This document shows, piece by piece, positions 1-7,395 of a stretch of 64,000 bases of DNA. Every line of letters starts with the position of its first letter. The stretch's first letter is position 1. Origin of the DNA: Peptococcia bacterium (GTDB taxonomy: Bacteria; Bacillota; Peptococcia; DRI-13; DTU073). The stretch is taken from assembly GCA_050951565.1 (NCBI GenBank), contig JBMNJH010000008.1, positions 11,111-75,110 of the forward strand. The letters run 5' to 3'. The notes below the pieces were generated by a model, which saw only the letters and a list, made by a program, of their open reading frames with translations, was not told the DNA's origin and did not search any database. A program made the position numbers and the translations under genes.

Positions 1-2983
1 GCAGTTCCCGGAAACCGGCCGGACCTACATCATCGTCATCGATATCATCATAAATCCTATCCCGCAAATACAGAGCGCTGAGGTATCCGGCTTTAACCAT
101 AAACCTCGTGTATCTAAACGCTCTTGTGCTCCATCTTCTGAGTTTCCTGCTGGGTTTTTTGTGCCACCTCTCTATGTCATTAATATCAACACGGGTCTCA
201 AAGGTACTACTACTACTCTTATGGCTGCTCTTGCGGCTGCTCTTATGGCTATCATCATCGGTCTTATAACTACTCTTGCGGCTATCATCACTACTCTTAT
301 GGCTACTCTTGCGGCTGTCATCACTGCTCTTATGGCTACTCTTACGGCTGTCATCACCGTTCTTATGGCTGCTCTTACGACTGTCATCACCATCAGATCT
401 TCGCCTCGAGTTGAACTCCTCCGATGAAGTGTCATAATCATTTTTCCTTCGGTGATTATATTCATAATTATCTTTACGAACTTCTGCCCTTTCTGCCCGT
501 TTCTCTTTCTCATTTTTACTTTTCTGTCTCTTTTCTTCCTGCTGTTTATTATACTCGTCATGCCAGGTTCTTAAACGATAAAACTTTGTATATCCTTCTA
601 CTACTTTCTTGGCACGAACAGAAGTTGCTTTAGTGTTACGAACTTGCCTATCCTGCGCGGCAGACCGAACTTTGGTTTTTTTTACATTGTCCGCAGTGTA
701 TTCCTGCTGCCCACTCCGTTTACCCGTTTTCCCTTGACCAGAAGCAGGCTGCCCGGGCGAGCTTTTTTCCCTTACCACCCGGGGCGTAAAATCCGGGGTG
801 GTCTCTTCCGGTACCTTATGATAAAGAGTTGCCGTCCGGTCATATTTAGGTTTTTTATCAACTATTCCCAGTTTCTTTTTTCCCGACGGTTTGTCTATGG
901 AGAGCCTTCTCAACCTGGCTTTGATCCATTTTGTGGACTGTTCCCGGGTACTTCTCAATTTTTCCGCTACGCTCCGGGAAGACTGAATGCTTAAACCCCT
1001 TATTAAATATTTCTTGCCCGTTCTTTTTTCGACATCTTTTGTGGTAAGACCCTTGGCGCCTTCTCTGCGCTCTTTGATCTCTTCCCGGTATTGCTTCGTT
1101 TCAGCCCGGCTCACAGCATCGGTTATCCTTGCCGGATCCTTATGGTGGCGGGTCGCGACGTAACCGGCAACTACTTTTTTCGCCTTCTGGACAGCACGAT
1201 GGCCACCGCCGGCAGCCGACCTGCCCGTTTGCGGTGCGGTTCTGATTCTTGATTCGCTTGGTACTCCTGTTTTGCTTCTGGAGGCAACAACCTTTTGGGC
1301 TTCCTCTTTGCGGGGCGCGGGTGAAATTCCCTTTAAGCCTAAAGGCCCCGTCTCACGAGCTTTCGTTTTGGGAGCCGCACCGGGTTTAGGGGCCGCAGGA
1401 TCCCCTTTGATCCCGGCACGACGCTGGTCGAGACGCTTTTGATTTTCGTGCACGATTCTTTGCGCCCTGCGGACAGCAGTAGACACCCCCGCGTCATCCG
1501 ACCGGCGCGATGGGGTGATGATTTCTTTGACTTTCAATACCTTTTTTGCGGTATGATCAGTTTGCGCACCACTGCCTCTTGTTGGCTCCTTATGGTGGCG
1601 GGTCGCGACGTAACCGGCAACTACTTTTTTCGCCTTCTGGACAGCACGATGGCCACCGCCGGCAGCCGACCTGCCCGTTTGCGGTGCGGTTCTGATTCTT
1701 GATTCGCTTGGTACTCCTGTTTTGCTTCTGGAGGCAACAACCTTTTGGGCTTCCTCTTTGCGGGGCGCGGGTGAAATTCCCTTTAAGCCTAAAGGCCCCG
1801 TCTCACGAGCTTTCGTTTTGGGAGCCGCACCGGGTTTAGGGGCCGCAGGATCACCTTTGATCCCGGCACGACGCTGGTCGAGACGCTTTTGATTTTCGTG
1901 CACGATTCTTTGCGCCCTGCGGACAGCAGTAGACACCCCCGCGTCATCCGACCGGCGCGATGGGGTGATGATTTCTTTGACTTTCAATACCTTTTTTGCG
2001 GTATGATCAGTTTGCGCACCACTGCCTCTTGTTGGCTCCTTGTGGTGGCGGGTCGCGACGTAACCGGCAACTACTTTTTTCGCCTTCTGGACAGCACGAT
2101 GGCCACCGCCGGCAGCCGACCTGCCCGTTTGCGGTGCGGTTCTGATTCTTGATTCGCCTGTTTTTTTTGTTTTGGTTTTTGGGGTGTCGCTGCTGATGGA
2201 GGCAAAGGTTTCGGCTAAAGATCTCCTAAAATACTTTTTCTTTTCCTTTTTTTCTTTCGAAGGTGTTATTCCCTTTAAGCCCAAAGGCCCCGTTTCACGA
2301 GGCTTCTTTTTCGTTGTCGTACCGGTTTTAGCTGCGGTGTGACCACCGAGGATGTCGGTCCGACGCTCTTCGAGGCGTTTTTTGTTTTTATCTACTATTT
2401 TTTGCGCCCTGCGGACAGCAGTAGACACGCCCGCGTCATCCGACCGGCGCGATGGGGTGATGATTTCTTTGACTTTAAAAACCTTTTTAACGGTATGACC
2501 GATTTTTGTTCTTACTTTTGAATCGCCTTTTGGGGTTGGTTTGGCTTTTGTACCGTCGCCGGCGATGGAAGCAATGGTATCCGCTAAAGTACGCCCGGTG
2601 GGCCGCCGATTTTTCTTTCCTTCACTCGAAGATATGATGTCATTTAAGCCCGAACCAGGGGCCTTTTTTTTCTTACCGGGATGATGACGTTCCGCCAGCG
2701 GGATTTCCCCTGCTTTGGAGGCTTTTTGGGCAGAGCGATGCTCACCGCCGGATTTCTTCTTATCCTTTGGCGGTGTTTTTTTAGGGTTTGTTTTCGGTTT
2801 CTCTTCTTTGGTTTCTTTTATTTCATCATAATAGTCAAAGAAACCTTTGCCGACTGATGATTTCAACTGCTTTTCTTTTTCATCAGGCTGGATTTTGATC
2901 AGGGGCTCTTTCTTCTGCTTATTGTTTTGCTGACCGCCGAGGTCGGGCCCTCTGTTTTTACCGCCAGAATTATTGTCGCCCAT
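1..2983 (-). CDS. Large basic repeat protein of unknown function (at least 994 codons; 3' end lies left of the window)
   Basis: Own reading of the minus frame set by the ATG at 2983..2981 (preceded by GGGGTGAGG): plus-strand triplets starting at positions = 2 mod 3 contain no TTA/CTA/TCA from 2 to 2983. It is not in the ORF track, presumably because no stop lies in the window. Starts MGDNNSGGKNRGPDLGG. K/R/S/T/P/G-rich, with no hydrophobic segment. Three copies of KEIITPSRRSDDAGVSTAVRRAQ. Begins 37 nt after the VirB4-like gene on the same strand. Confidence 0.75.
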   Translation of the reverse strand, partial: MGDNNSGGKNRGPDLGGQQNNKQKKEPLIKIQPDEKEKQLKSSVGKGFFDYYDEIKETKEEKPKTNPKKTPPKDKKKSGGEHRSAQKASKAGEIPLAERHHPGKKKKAPGSGLNDIISSSEGKKNRRPTGRTLADTIASIAGDGTKAKPTPKGDSKVRTKIGHTVKKVFKVKEIITPSRRSDDAGVSTAVRRAQKIVDKNKKRLEERRTDILGGHTAAKTGTTTKKKPRETGPLGLKGITPSKEKKEKKKYFRRSLAETFASISSDTPKTKTKKTGESRIRTAPQTGRSAAGGGHRAVQKAKKVVAGYVATRHHKEPTRGSGAQTDHTAKKVLKVKEIITPSRRSDDAGVSTAVRRAQRIVHENQKRLDQRRAGIKGDPAAPKPGAAPKTKARETGPLGLKGISPAPRKEEAQKVVASRSKTGVPSESRIRTAPQTGRSAAGGGHRAVQKAKKVVAGYVATRHHKEPTRGSGAQTDHTAKKVLKVKEIITPSRRSDDAGVSTAVRRAQRIVHENQKRLDQRRAGIKGDPAAPKPGAAPKTKARETGPLGLKGISPAPRKEEAQKVVASRSKTGVPSESRIRTAPQTGRSAAGGGHRAVQKAKKVVAGYVATRHHKDPARITDAVSRAETKQYREEIKERREGAKGLTTKDVEKRTGKKYLIRGLSIQSSRSVAEKLRSTREQSTKWIKARLRRLSIDKPSGKKKLGIVDKKPKYDRTATLYHKVPEETTPDFTPRVVREKSSPGQPASGQGKTGKRSGQQEYTADNVKKTKVRSAAQDRQVRNTKATSVRAKKVVEGYTKFYRLRTWHDEYNKQQEEKRQKSKNEKEKRAERAEVRKDNYEYNHRRKNDYDTSSEEFNSRRRSDGDDSRKSSHKNGDDSRKSSHKSSDDSRKSSHKSSDDSRKSSYKTDDDSHKSSRKSSHKSSSSTFETRVDINDIERWHKKPSRKLRRWSTRAFRYTRFMVKAGYLSALYLRDRIYDDIDDDDVGPAGFREL
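218..394 (-). repeat. 33-nt in-frame tandem repeat array (about 5 units, first ones degenerate) encoding (G/S)DDSRKSSHK(S/N)
   Basis: Plus strand reads cttatggct-nnn-cttgcggct-nnn-atcact-nnn repeatedly. The minus-frame translation gives GDDSRKSSHKN GDDSRKSSHKS SDDSRKSSHKS SDDSRKSSYKT DDDSHKSSRKSSHKSSSS. Confidence 0.85.
1137..2157 (-). repeat. 450-bp in-frame tandem repeat, about 2.27 copies, inside the large repeat-protein ORF
   Basis: Sequence 1141-1590 and 1591-2040 read identical apart from about one substitution (1403 c vs 1853 a). The third partial copy differs at 2042 (g vs a at 1142/1592). Track ORFs 1439..1702 and 1889..2152 are offset by exactly 450 nt and differ by 1 aa. A diverged extra copy is visible at about 2270-2500. 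Confidence 0.9.
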
Positions 2984-3020
2984 CCTGCCTCACCCCGCTT
3001 TCCTTTAAAGCTCCTTAAAG

Positions 3021-5468
3021 CTATGAGGATTTGCGGACAACTGCTTTCCTTTGTGTAGCTTTTTTATCGGCCTTGGTAATCTTTGAAACTTCTTCTACCT
3101 TCGTTGTCATCATCCGGTACAGTTTCGTATCTTGCGGGAACTTATCGATAAAGGGAATAATACTGTTCCCCGAGAAAAGCAATCCTTGCCCGGGATCGGA
3201 GTTGGTAACGTACGACAACTGAGTTGCCGAAATGTTTAAGAGCCTGGCCAACTCTGCCCTGTCGCTGGGGGCCTGGTTCAACATCATGATAAAATCACTG
3301 TTGGAAAGCATCCGGCGTGCCAGTTCGGATCTTAACAGGTCTTCCACGTTCTGGGTGATACCGGTGGGAATGGCACCCCATTTTCTTGCTCTCTTGTAGA
3401 GCTCAAACAAGAAGTTCGCGGAATATTCGTTGGCAAACAGCAAATAAATTTCATCCATGTAAATCCAGGTCCGCTTACCCCTGTTTCTGTTCACGGTAAT
3501 CCTGTTCCAAATGGCATCCAGCACAATTAACATCCCCATTGTTCTTAACTGCTTTCCTAAATCTTTAATATCAAAACAGACCAGACGGTTATTGATATCA
3601 ATGTTGGTTTTATGGGCGAAAACAGACAGGTTACCGGTGATATACAATTCCAGGGAAGTAGCCAGGCTTTCGGCCTCGGGTTCCTTCTGCCGCCTTAAGA
3701 CCTCATAGAAGTCCTTTAAGGTCGGTACTTTATCCGGATCAAAATCCTGCATATATTCACGGTAGGTAATCTTCAAACAACGGTCGATAATGGATTTTTC
3801 TTTGGCGTTCAAGCCTTCTCTACCCCCGACGATGGTCTCACACAGGGAGAGGAAGAAGTCCGATTTTAAAAGCAGGGGATCGTCGTCGTCGGAATAGTCA
3901 ATGCTCATATCTAAAGGATTAATATAGTTTCTGGAACCGGCCGAGATATAAATAACCTCACCCTGGAAATTCTGCACCAGGCGAGTGTACTCTCTTTCCG
4001 GGTCGATGATCATTACGTCGTCATTGGTATTCAGCAACACGTTGACCATTTCCCGTTTGGCGCTGAATGATTTACCGCTACCGGGCGAACCTAAGATAAA
4101 GCCATTGGCGTTTTTCAGGGATTTGCGGTTAAACATAATCAGGTTACGGGAAACGGCATTTAAGCCATAGTACATTCCATCCGGCTGGATTAATTCCTGA
4201 GAAGTAAAAGGAATAAAGATGGCCGTACTTTCCGTCGTGAGACAGCGGTCCACTTTCAAGCTATTAAGGCCAAAAGGCAAGGCCGAATTTAGCCCATCCT
4301 CCTGTTGATAATTGAGGACACCGATCTGACAAAGGTACTTTCTGGCCACCGAGTTAATCAGTTCCGTTTCTTTATCCAAGTCTTCCTTGGTATCCGCCAG
4401 GTGCATCAAAACGATATTCGTTAAGTAGAGTTTTTGGTTTTTATTCACGATGTCATCCAACAAAGCCTGCGCTTCTTCCAGACTGTTCCGCAGATCATAA
4501 GGAATGAACGCTTCCAAATAGCCGCCCCGCAAGCTTCTTTTTTGATATTCGATTTTATTGGCTTCCATCCCGGTGATTTGTCTTTTGACCATTTTTAAAG
4601 CGATATGGGGTTCAATAGGTTTGATGTTGACCGTAAGGACCATGTTGATACTGAAATCCGTCAGTTCCCCTAAAAACATATCATTAATAAAGGAAGGCAA
4701 ATCACGGACAAAAATAGTCCGGGCGTATTTTTCGCCGATAATCATGTAATCACGCTTAAACTCAAAAGAGTCCGGACTAATTAAATCCTTCGTACACAAA
4801 CCTTTTTTCCGGTGCAGGGTAGGTTTGTATTCGAACTCGCCTTCATGCCCGTTGCGGTAGATATCATGAAGTAATTCCAGGCGTTCCTCAAGGGCCAAAA
4901 CCTTCCCGTAACTGCCCAATCTTCTGATTAAGCCCAAAACTTCGATTTCCAATCTGGAAAAGATGCTTTTGGCTTCCTCATAGTTATTAGCCGTAATCGT
5001 TATGGTAATGTATTTTTCTTTCTGGATATCATTTTTGCCGGCAGCGATCTGGTGCAACAACATTTCATTATATTCTTTCCGGTATTCGTTGAAGATGTCG
5101 TCTCTTTCTTTTAATAAGATTTTCCTTTCAAATTGTTCCCGGTTGATTGATTTGTTGATGATAGTAATTTGCACATGGATCGAAGAATTGAAGTAGTTCA
5201 GAAACTCACAGTATTTAATAAAAATATCTTCTTTATCATCTTGCCTGGCAATTTGATAATTAATATCATAAAACCTGATTACCTTAGAAAAACTATTATT
5301 GGTTACCTGAAAAATCCCGTCCTCATAAGCGCGAAGATAAGGAATGGTTTGTTGGGCTGTCTTAGGAATAATTCTTTTGATTCTTTGTTGCTTCTCTTTA
5401 TTAGAATCGTTTTTTCCCAAACCGTTCTTAAACAAATTATCGAGTAACTTCAATTGAATCACCCCCAT
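3021..5468 (-). CDS. VirB4-like conjugal transfer ATPase (Gram-positive T4SS type)
   Basis: 815 aa. Walker A GSPGSGKS, Walker B-like WIYMDEIY, and the C-terminal QNVEDLL motif typical of VirB4/TcpF/Orf16-type ATPases. Its start overlaps the PrgI-like gene by 32 nt. Confidence 0.9.
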   Translation of the reverse strand: MGVIQLKLLDNLFKNGLGKNDSNKEKQQRIKRIIPKTAQQTIPYLRAYEDGIFQVTNNSFSKVIRFYDINYQIARQDDKEDIFIKYCEFLNYFNSSIHVQITIINKSINREQFERKILLKERDDIFNEYRKEYNEMLLHQIAAGKNDIQKEKYITITITANNYEEAKSIFSRLEIEVLGLIRRLGSYGKVLALEERLELLHDIYRNGHEGEFEYKPTLHRKKGLCTKDLISPDSFEFKRDYMIIGEKYARTIFVRDLPSFINDMFLGELTDFSINMVLTVNIKPIEPHIALKMVKRQITGMEANKIEYQKRSLRGGYLEAFIPYDLRNSLEEAQALLDDIVNKNQKLYLTNIVLMHLADTKEDLDKETELINSVARKYLCQIGVLNYQQEDGLNSALPFGLNSLKVDRCLTTESTAIFIPFTSQELIQPDGMYYGLNAVSRNLIMFNRKSLKNANGFILGSPGSGKSFSAKREMVNVLLNTNDDVMIIDPEREYTRLVQNFQGEVIYISAGSRNYINPLDMSIDYSDDDDPLLLKSDFFLSLCETIVGGREGLNAKEKSIIDRCLKITYREYMQDFDPDKVPTLKDFYEVLRRQKEPEAESLATSLELYITGNLSVFAHKTNIDINNRLVCFDIKDLGKQLRTMGMLIVLDAIWNRITVNRNRGKRTWIYMDEIYLLFANEYSANFLFELYKRARKWGAIPTGITQNVEDLLRSELARRMLSNSDFIMMLNQAPSDRAELARLLNISATQLSYVTNSDPGQGLLFSGNSIIPFIDKFPQDTKLYRMMTTKVEEVSKITKADKKATQRKAVVRKSS

Positions 5469-5865
5469 CTTTTTTCTTCAGTTTACTGATGCGCTTATTA
5501 ATGGTATTATATTTTTCTCCCCATTCCTGCTCCTTATAATACATGTCCATCAAAAGATCATAAAGGTTTTCCACTACATATTTTCTTTTTTGCGGGGTTA
5601 AAAACTGAAAGCGAACTATACAGAGGATAAAGTGTTCAAAAGGCATTCCGTTATAGTTAAAAAACCCGATTAAAATTAGTGGTCCGGCCGTAAGGATAAT
5701 CAGCCAACTGGCCAGTTCATCTCCGATGTAAGGACGAATAAATATATATAAAGGGATGTTAATGGAAAGAGCTAAGATAATGGAAAAGGTTTGACGAACA
5801 TTGAGCCCAAAAAAGAGCTTTTCTTTATAATGACGTATTTCTTTCGGCACCCTAACTTCAATCAT
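5437..5865 (-). CDS. PrgI family (VirB3-like) small T4SS membrane protein
   Basis: 142 aa. N-terminal VPKEIRHYKEKLFFGLNVRQ followed by two hydrophobic helices. SD GAAGGAGG upstream. Lies directly upstream of VirB4-like. Confidence 0.8.
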   Translation of the reverse strand: MIEVRVPKEIRHYKEKLFFGLNVRQTFSIILALSINIPLYIFIRPYIGDELASWLIILTAGPLILIGFFNYNGMPFEHFILCIVRFQFLTPQKRKYVVENLYDLLMDMYYKEQEWGEKYNTINKRISKLKKKDGGDSIEVTR

Positions 5866-5888
5866 TTACACTCGCCTCCTTCATCCCA

Positions 5889-6734
5889 TTATAATCCCAT
5901 GATGGCCTTCGCCCATGATTCTGATTTCAAGAGAGCGAAAAGCAAAGCTACCGAAGACAGGACATAAGCTATAACCCCAGCAATGGGCGCGACGCCGTCA
6001 CCCGGATTAATCCATCGTGCGGCAATCATCAGATAGACATAACACAAGACAACAATTACCACTCCCTGCAGGCAAACGGCTATGTAAGACTGGACAAACC
6101 TGAAAGCGATGGAGTTGAACTCATCGGAAACCATGGTGGAAAGAGGAATCGGAGCCATGATGGTATATACGCACAATTCGATTAACCTTCCGAAAACGAC
6201 AAAATAAACCGCGATCCTTATAAGGAGCATTACGGCCCAAATAACGAAATACTGGATAAAATAGAATATTTTGGCAATTAAGCCTATATCTCTAAACTCA
6301 TTGAGAATTTGATCAATCATGCTGTTCCAATTCGCTATCCTGCTAAAACCTTGTAAATCAGGATTGTTCGGAGCCAGGGTATCACAAATCCCGACCACAA
6401 CAGTTGCGATTAGCTCTAACAGTGCAAAGCTATTTACAATTACTACTTTGGCCAAAAACAACCTGATAAGCATACTGACGATGTTTTCCCAATGCATAAG
6501 TTCAAACATGATGGTCTTATTTAAAAAACTGATCATAAAGAAGACGCACATTAAGGTATAGCCGATCGGAAGAATAATATTAAAGACCGTCAGCACATAA
6601 TTGTAAATTGTCCCGTCACTTGTCCCCGCCACATTTGGTACTTCTCTCACCAAATTAATAATTGATTGAATGTCTCCTTCGAGGCCAAAGATTTGGTTAA
6701 GTATATTCCCAAACAATGCAACAAGCTCATCCAC
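5889..6734 (-). CDS. Polytopic T4SS membrane protein (VirB6/TrbL-like)
   Basis: 281 aa with 6 or more hydrophobic helices. GTG start preceded by AGGTGGTGA. Position between the Maff2-like and PrgI-like genes. Confidence 0.65.
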   Translation of the reverse strand: MDELVALFGNILNQIFGLEGDIQSIINLVREVPNVAGTSDGTIYNYVLTVFNIILPIGYTLMCVFFMISFLNKTIMFELMHWENIVSMLIRLFLAKVVIVNSFALLELIATVVVGICDTLAPNNPDLQGFSRIANWNSMIDQILNEFRDIGLIAKIFYFIQYFVIWAVMLLIRIAVYFVVFGRLIELCVYTIMAPIPLSTMVSDEFNSIAFRFVQSYIAVCLQGVVIVVLCYVYLMIAARWINPGDGVAPIAGVIAYVLSSVALLFALLKSESWAKAIMGL

Positions 6735-6841
6735 TTTCCATCACCACCTAATGTATAGGGTGACTACAAAACGAGACGAACCAAACCGAAACGGAATTAT
6801 TTAACACTTCCAACTTTTAGAAAAATATTGACTATTCTGGC

Positions 6842-6904
6842 TTAAAAATAGTGGGTGCCAAAATTTGCGGCCCCACTATCGAATATGGACACAAGCTCAT
6901 CCAT
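6842..6904 (-). pseudogene. Remnant copy of the 5' end of a VirB6-like gene (20 codons, MDELVSIFDSGAANFGTHYF)
   Basis: 13-nt identity TGGATGAGCTTGT with the start of the intact gene at 6734 (MDELVALFG...). The peptide is similar over its first 9 residues and then runs into the terminator hairpin. Confidence 0.4.
6843..6879 (-). terminator. Rho-independent terminator/attenuator after the Maff2-like gene
   Basis: Minus strand reads TAGTGGGGCCGCAAATTTTGGCACCCACTA followed by TTTTT. About 10-bp stem with one bulge. Confidence 0.6.
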
Positions 6905-6985
6905 AAACTTATTCACTAATACGGATCGGGAGCCATTATAATTATGAACACCCTTAAATATTCCTGCCGTGACTAACTGCTATTG

Positions 6986-7369
6986 TTATTGCACGTTCAA
7001 GCCTGTTCCGACGTTGAACAACTGTTGAGCCATCAAACACAGCCCTGCCAACATAAATCCAGCCGCTAATACTTTCAGCCCGGATACTTTAGCATCTGCA
7101 TCATCGTTCATGAAGCCAAGGATTAATTGCAAGGCACCGAAAAACGCGATAACAAAACCGAGACGATAAACCCAGCTGACAATAAAGTTCAATACCATAT
7201 TCAAGTTGTTGAATCCAACGTCATAGGCATTAACCGAACCGCCTTGTTGTTGCTGTCCTAAAACCGGGCTTGCGAAGGTTACCATTAAGACAGCTACCAG
7301 AAAAACCACGGTCAGTATTTTTAACACTTTCCCATGACTGAACCTGAGACAACTTAAGGCATTTACCAT
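6986..7369 (-). CDS. Maff2-like small membrane protein with N-terminal extension (possible pilin-like T4SS component)
   Basis: 127 aa. Signal-like N-terminus, then two helices flanking GFMNDDADAKVSGLKVLAAG, which resembles the Maff2 family core (GYGNDNPGAKSQG.KQL.AG, recalled from memory). SD AGAGGGGGA. Confidence 0.55.
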   Translation of the reverse strand: MVNALSCLRFSHGKVLKILTVVFLVAVLMVTFASPVLGQQQQGGSVNAYDVGFNNLNMVLNFIVSWVYRLGFVIAFFGALQLILGFMNDDADAKVSGLKVLAAGFMLAGLCLMAQQLFNVGTGLNVQ

Positions 7370-7395
7370 TTTAATCCCCCTCTTCGTTGATATTT

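Noticed and set aside
161-633. Track ORFs 161..427 (+), 172..561 (-) and 424..633 (+) with low-complexity A/L/T/M or R/V/A composition
   Set aside because: They are alternative-frame readings of the 33-nt repeat array. The frame that stays open across the whole 3 kb is the third one (positions = 1 mod 3 on the minus strand).
1137-2157. Possibility that the tandem repeats are a CRISPR array or satellite
   Set aside because: The units are 450 bp with no spacers, are in frame, and are embedded in a continuous ORF. No cas genes are present.
1439-2521. Plus-strand track ORFs 1439..1702, 1889..2152 (identical 87-aa pair) and 2339..2521
   Set aside because: They are antisense shadows of the 450-bp repeat units of the long minus-strand ORF. 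They have no SD, and their duplication simply mirrors the repeat.
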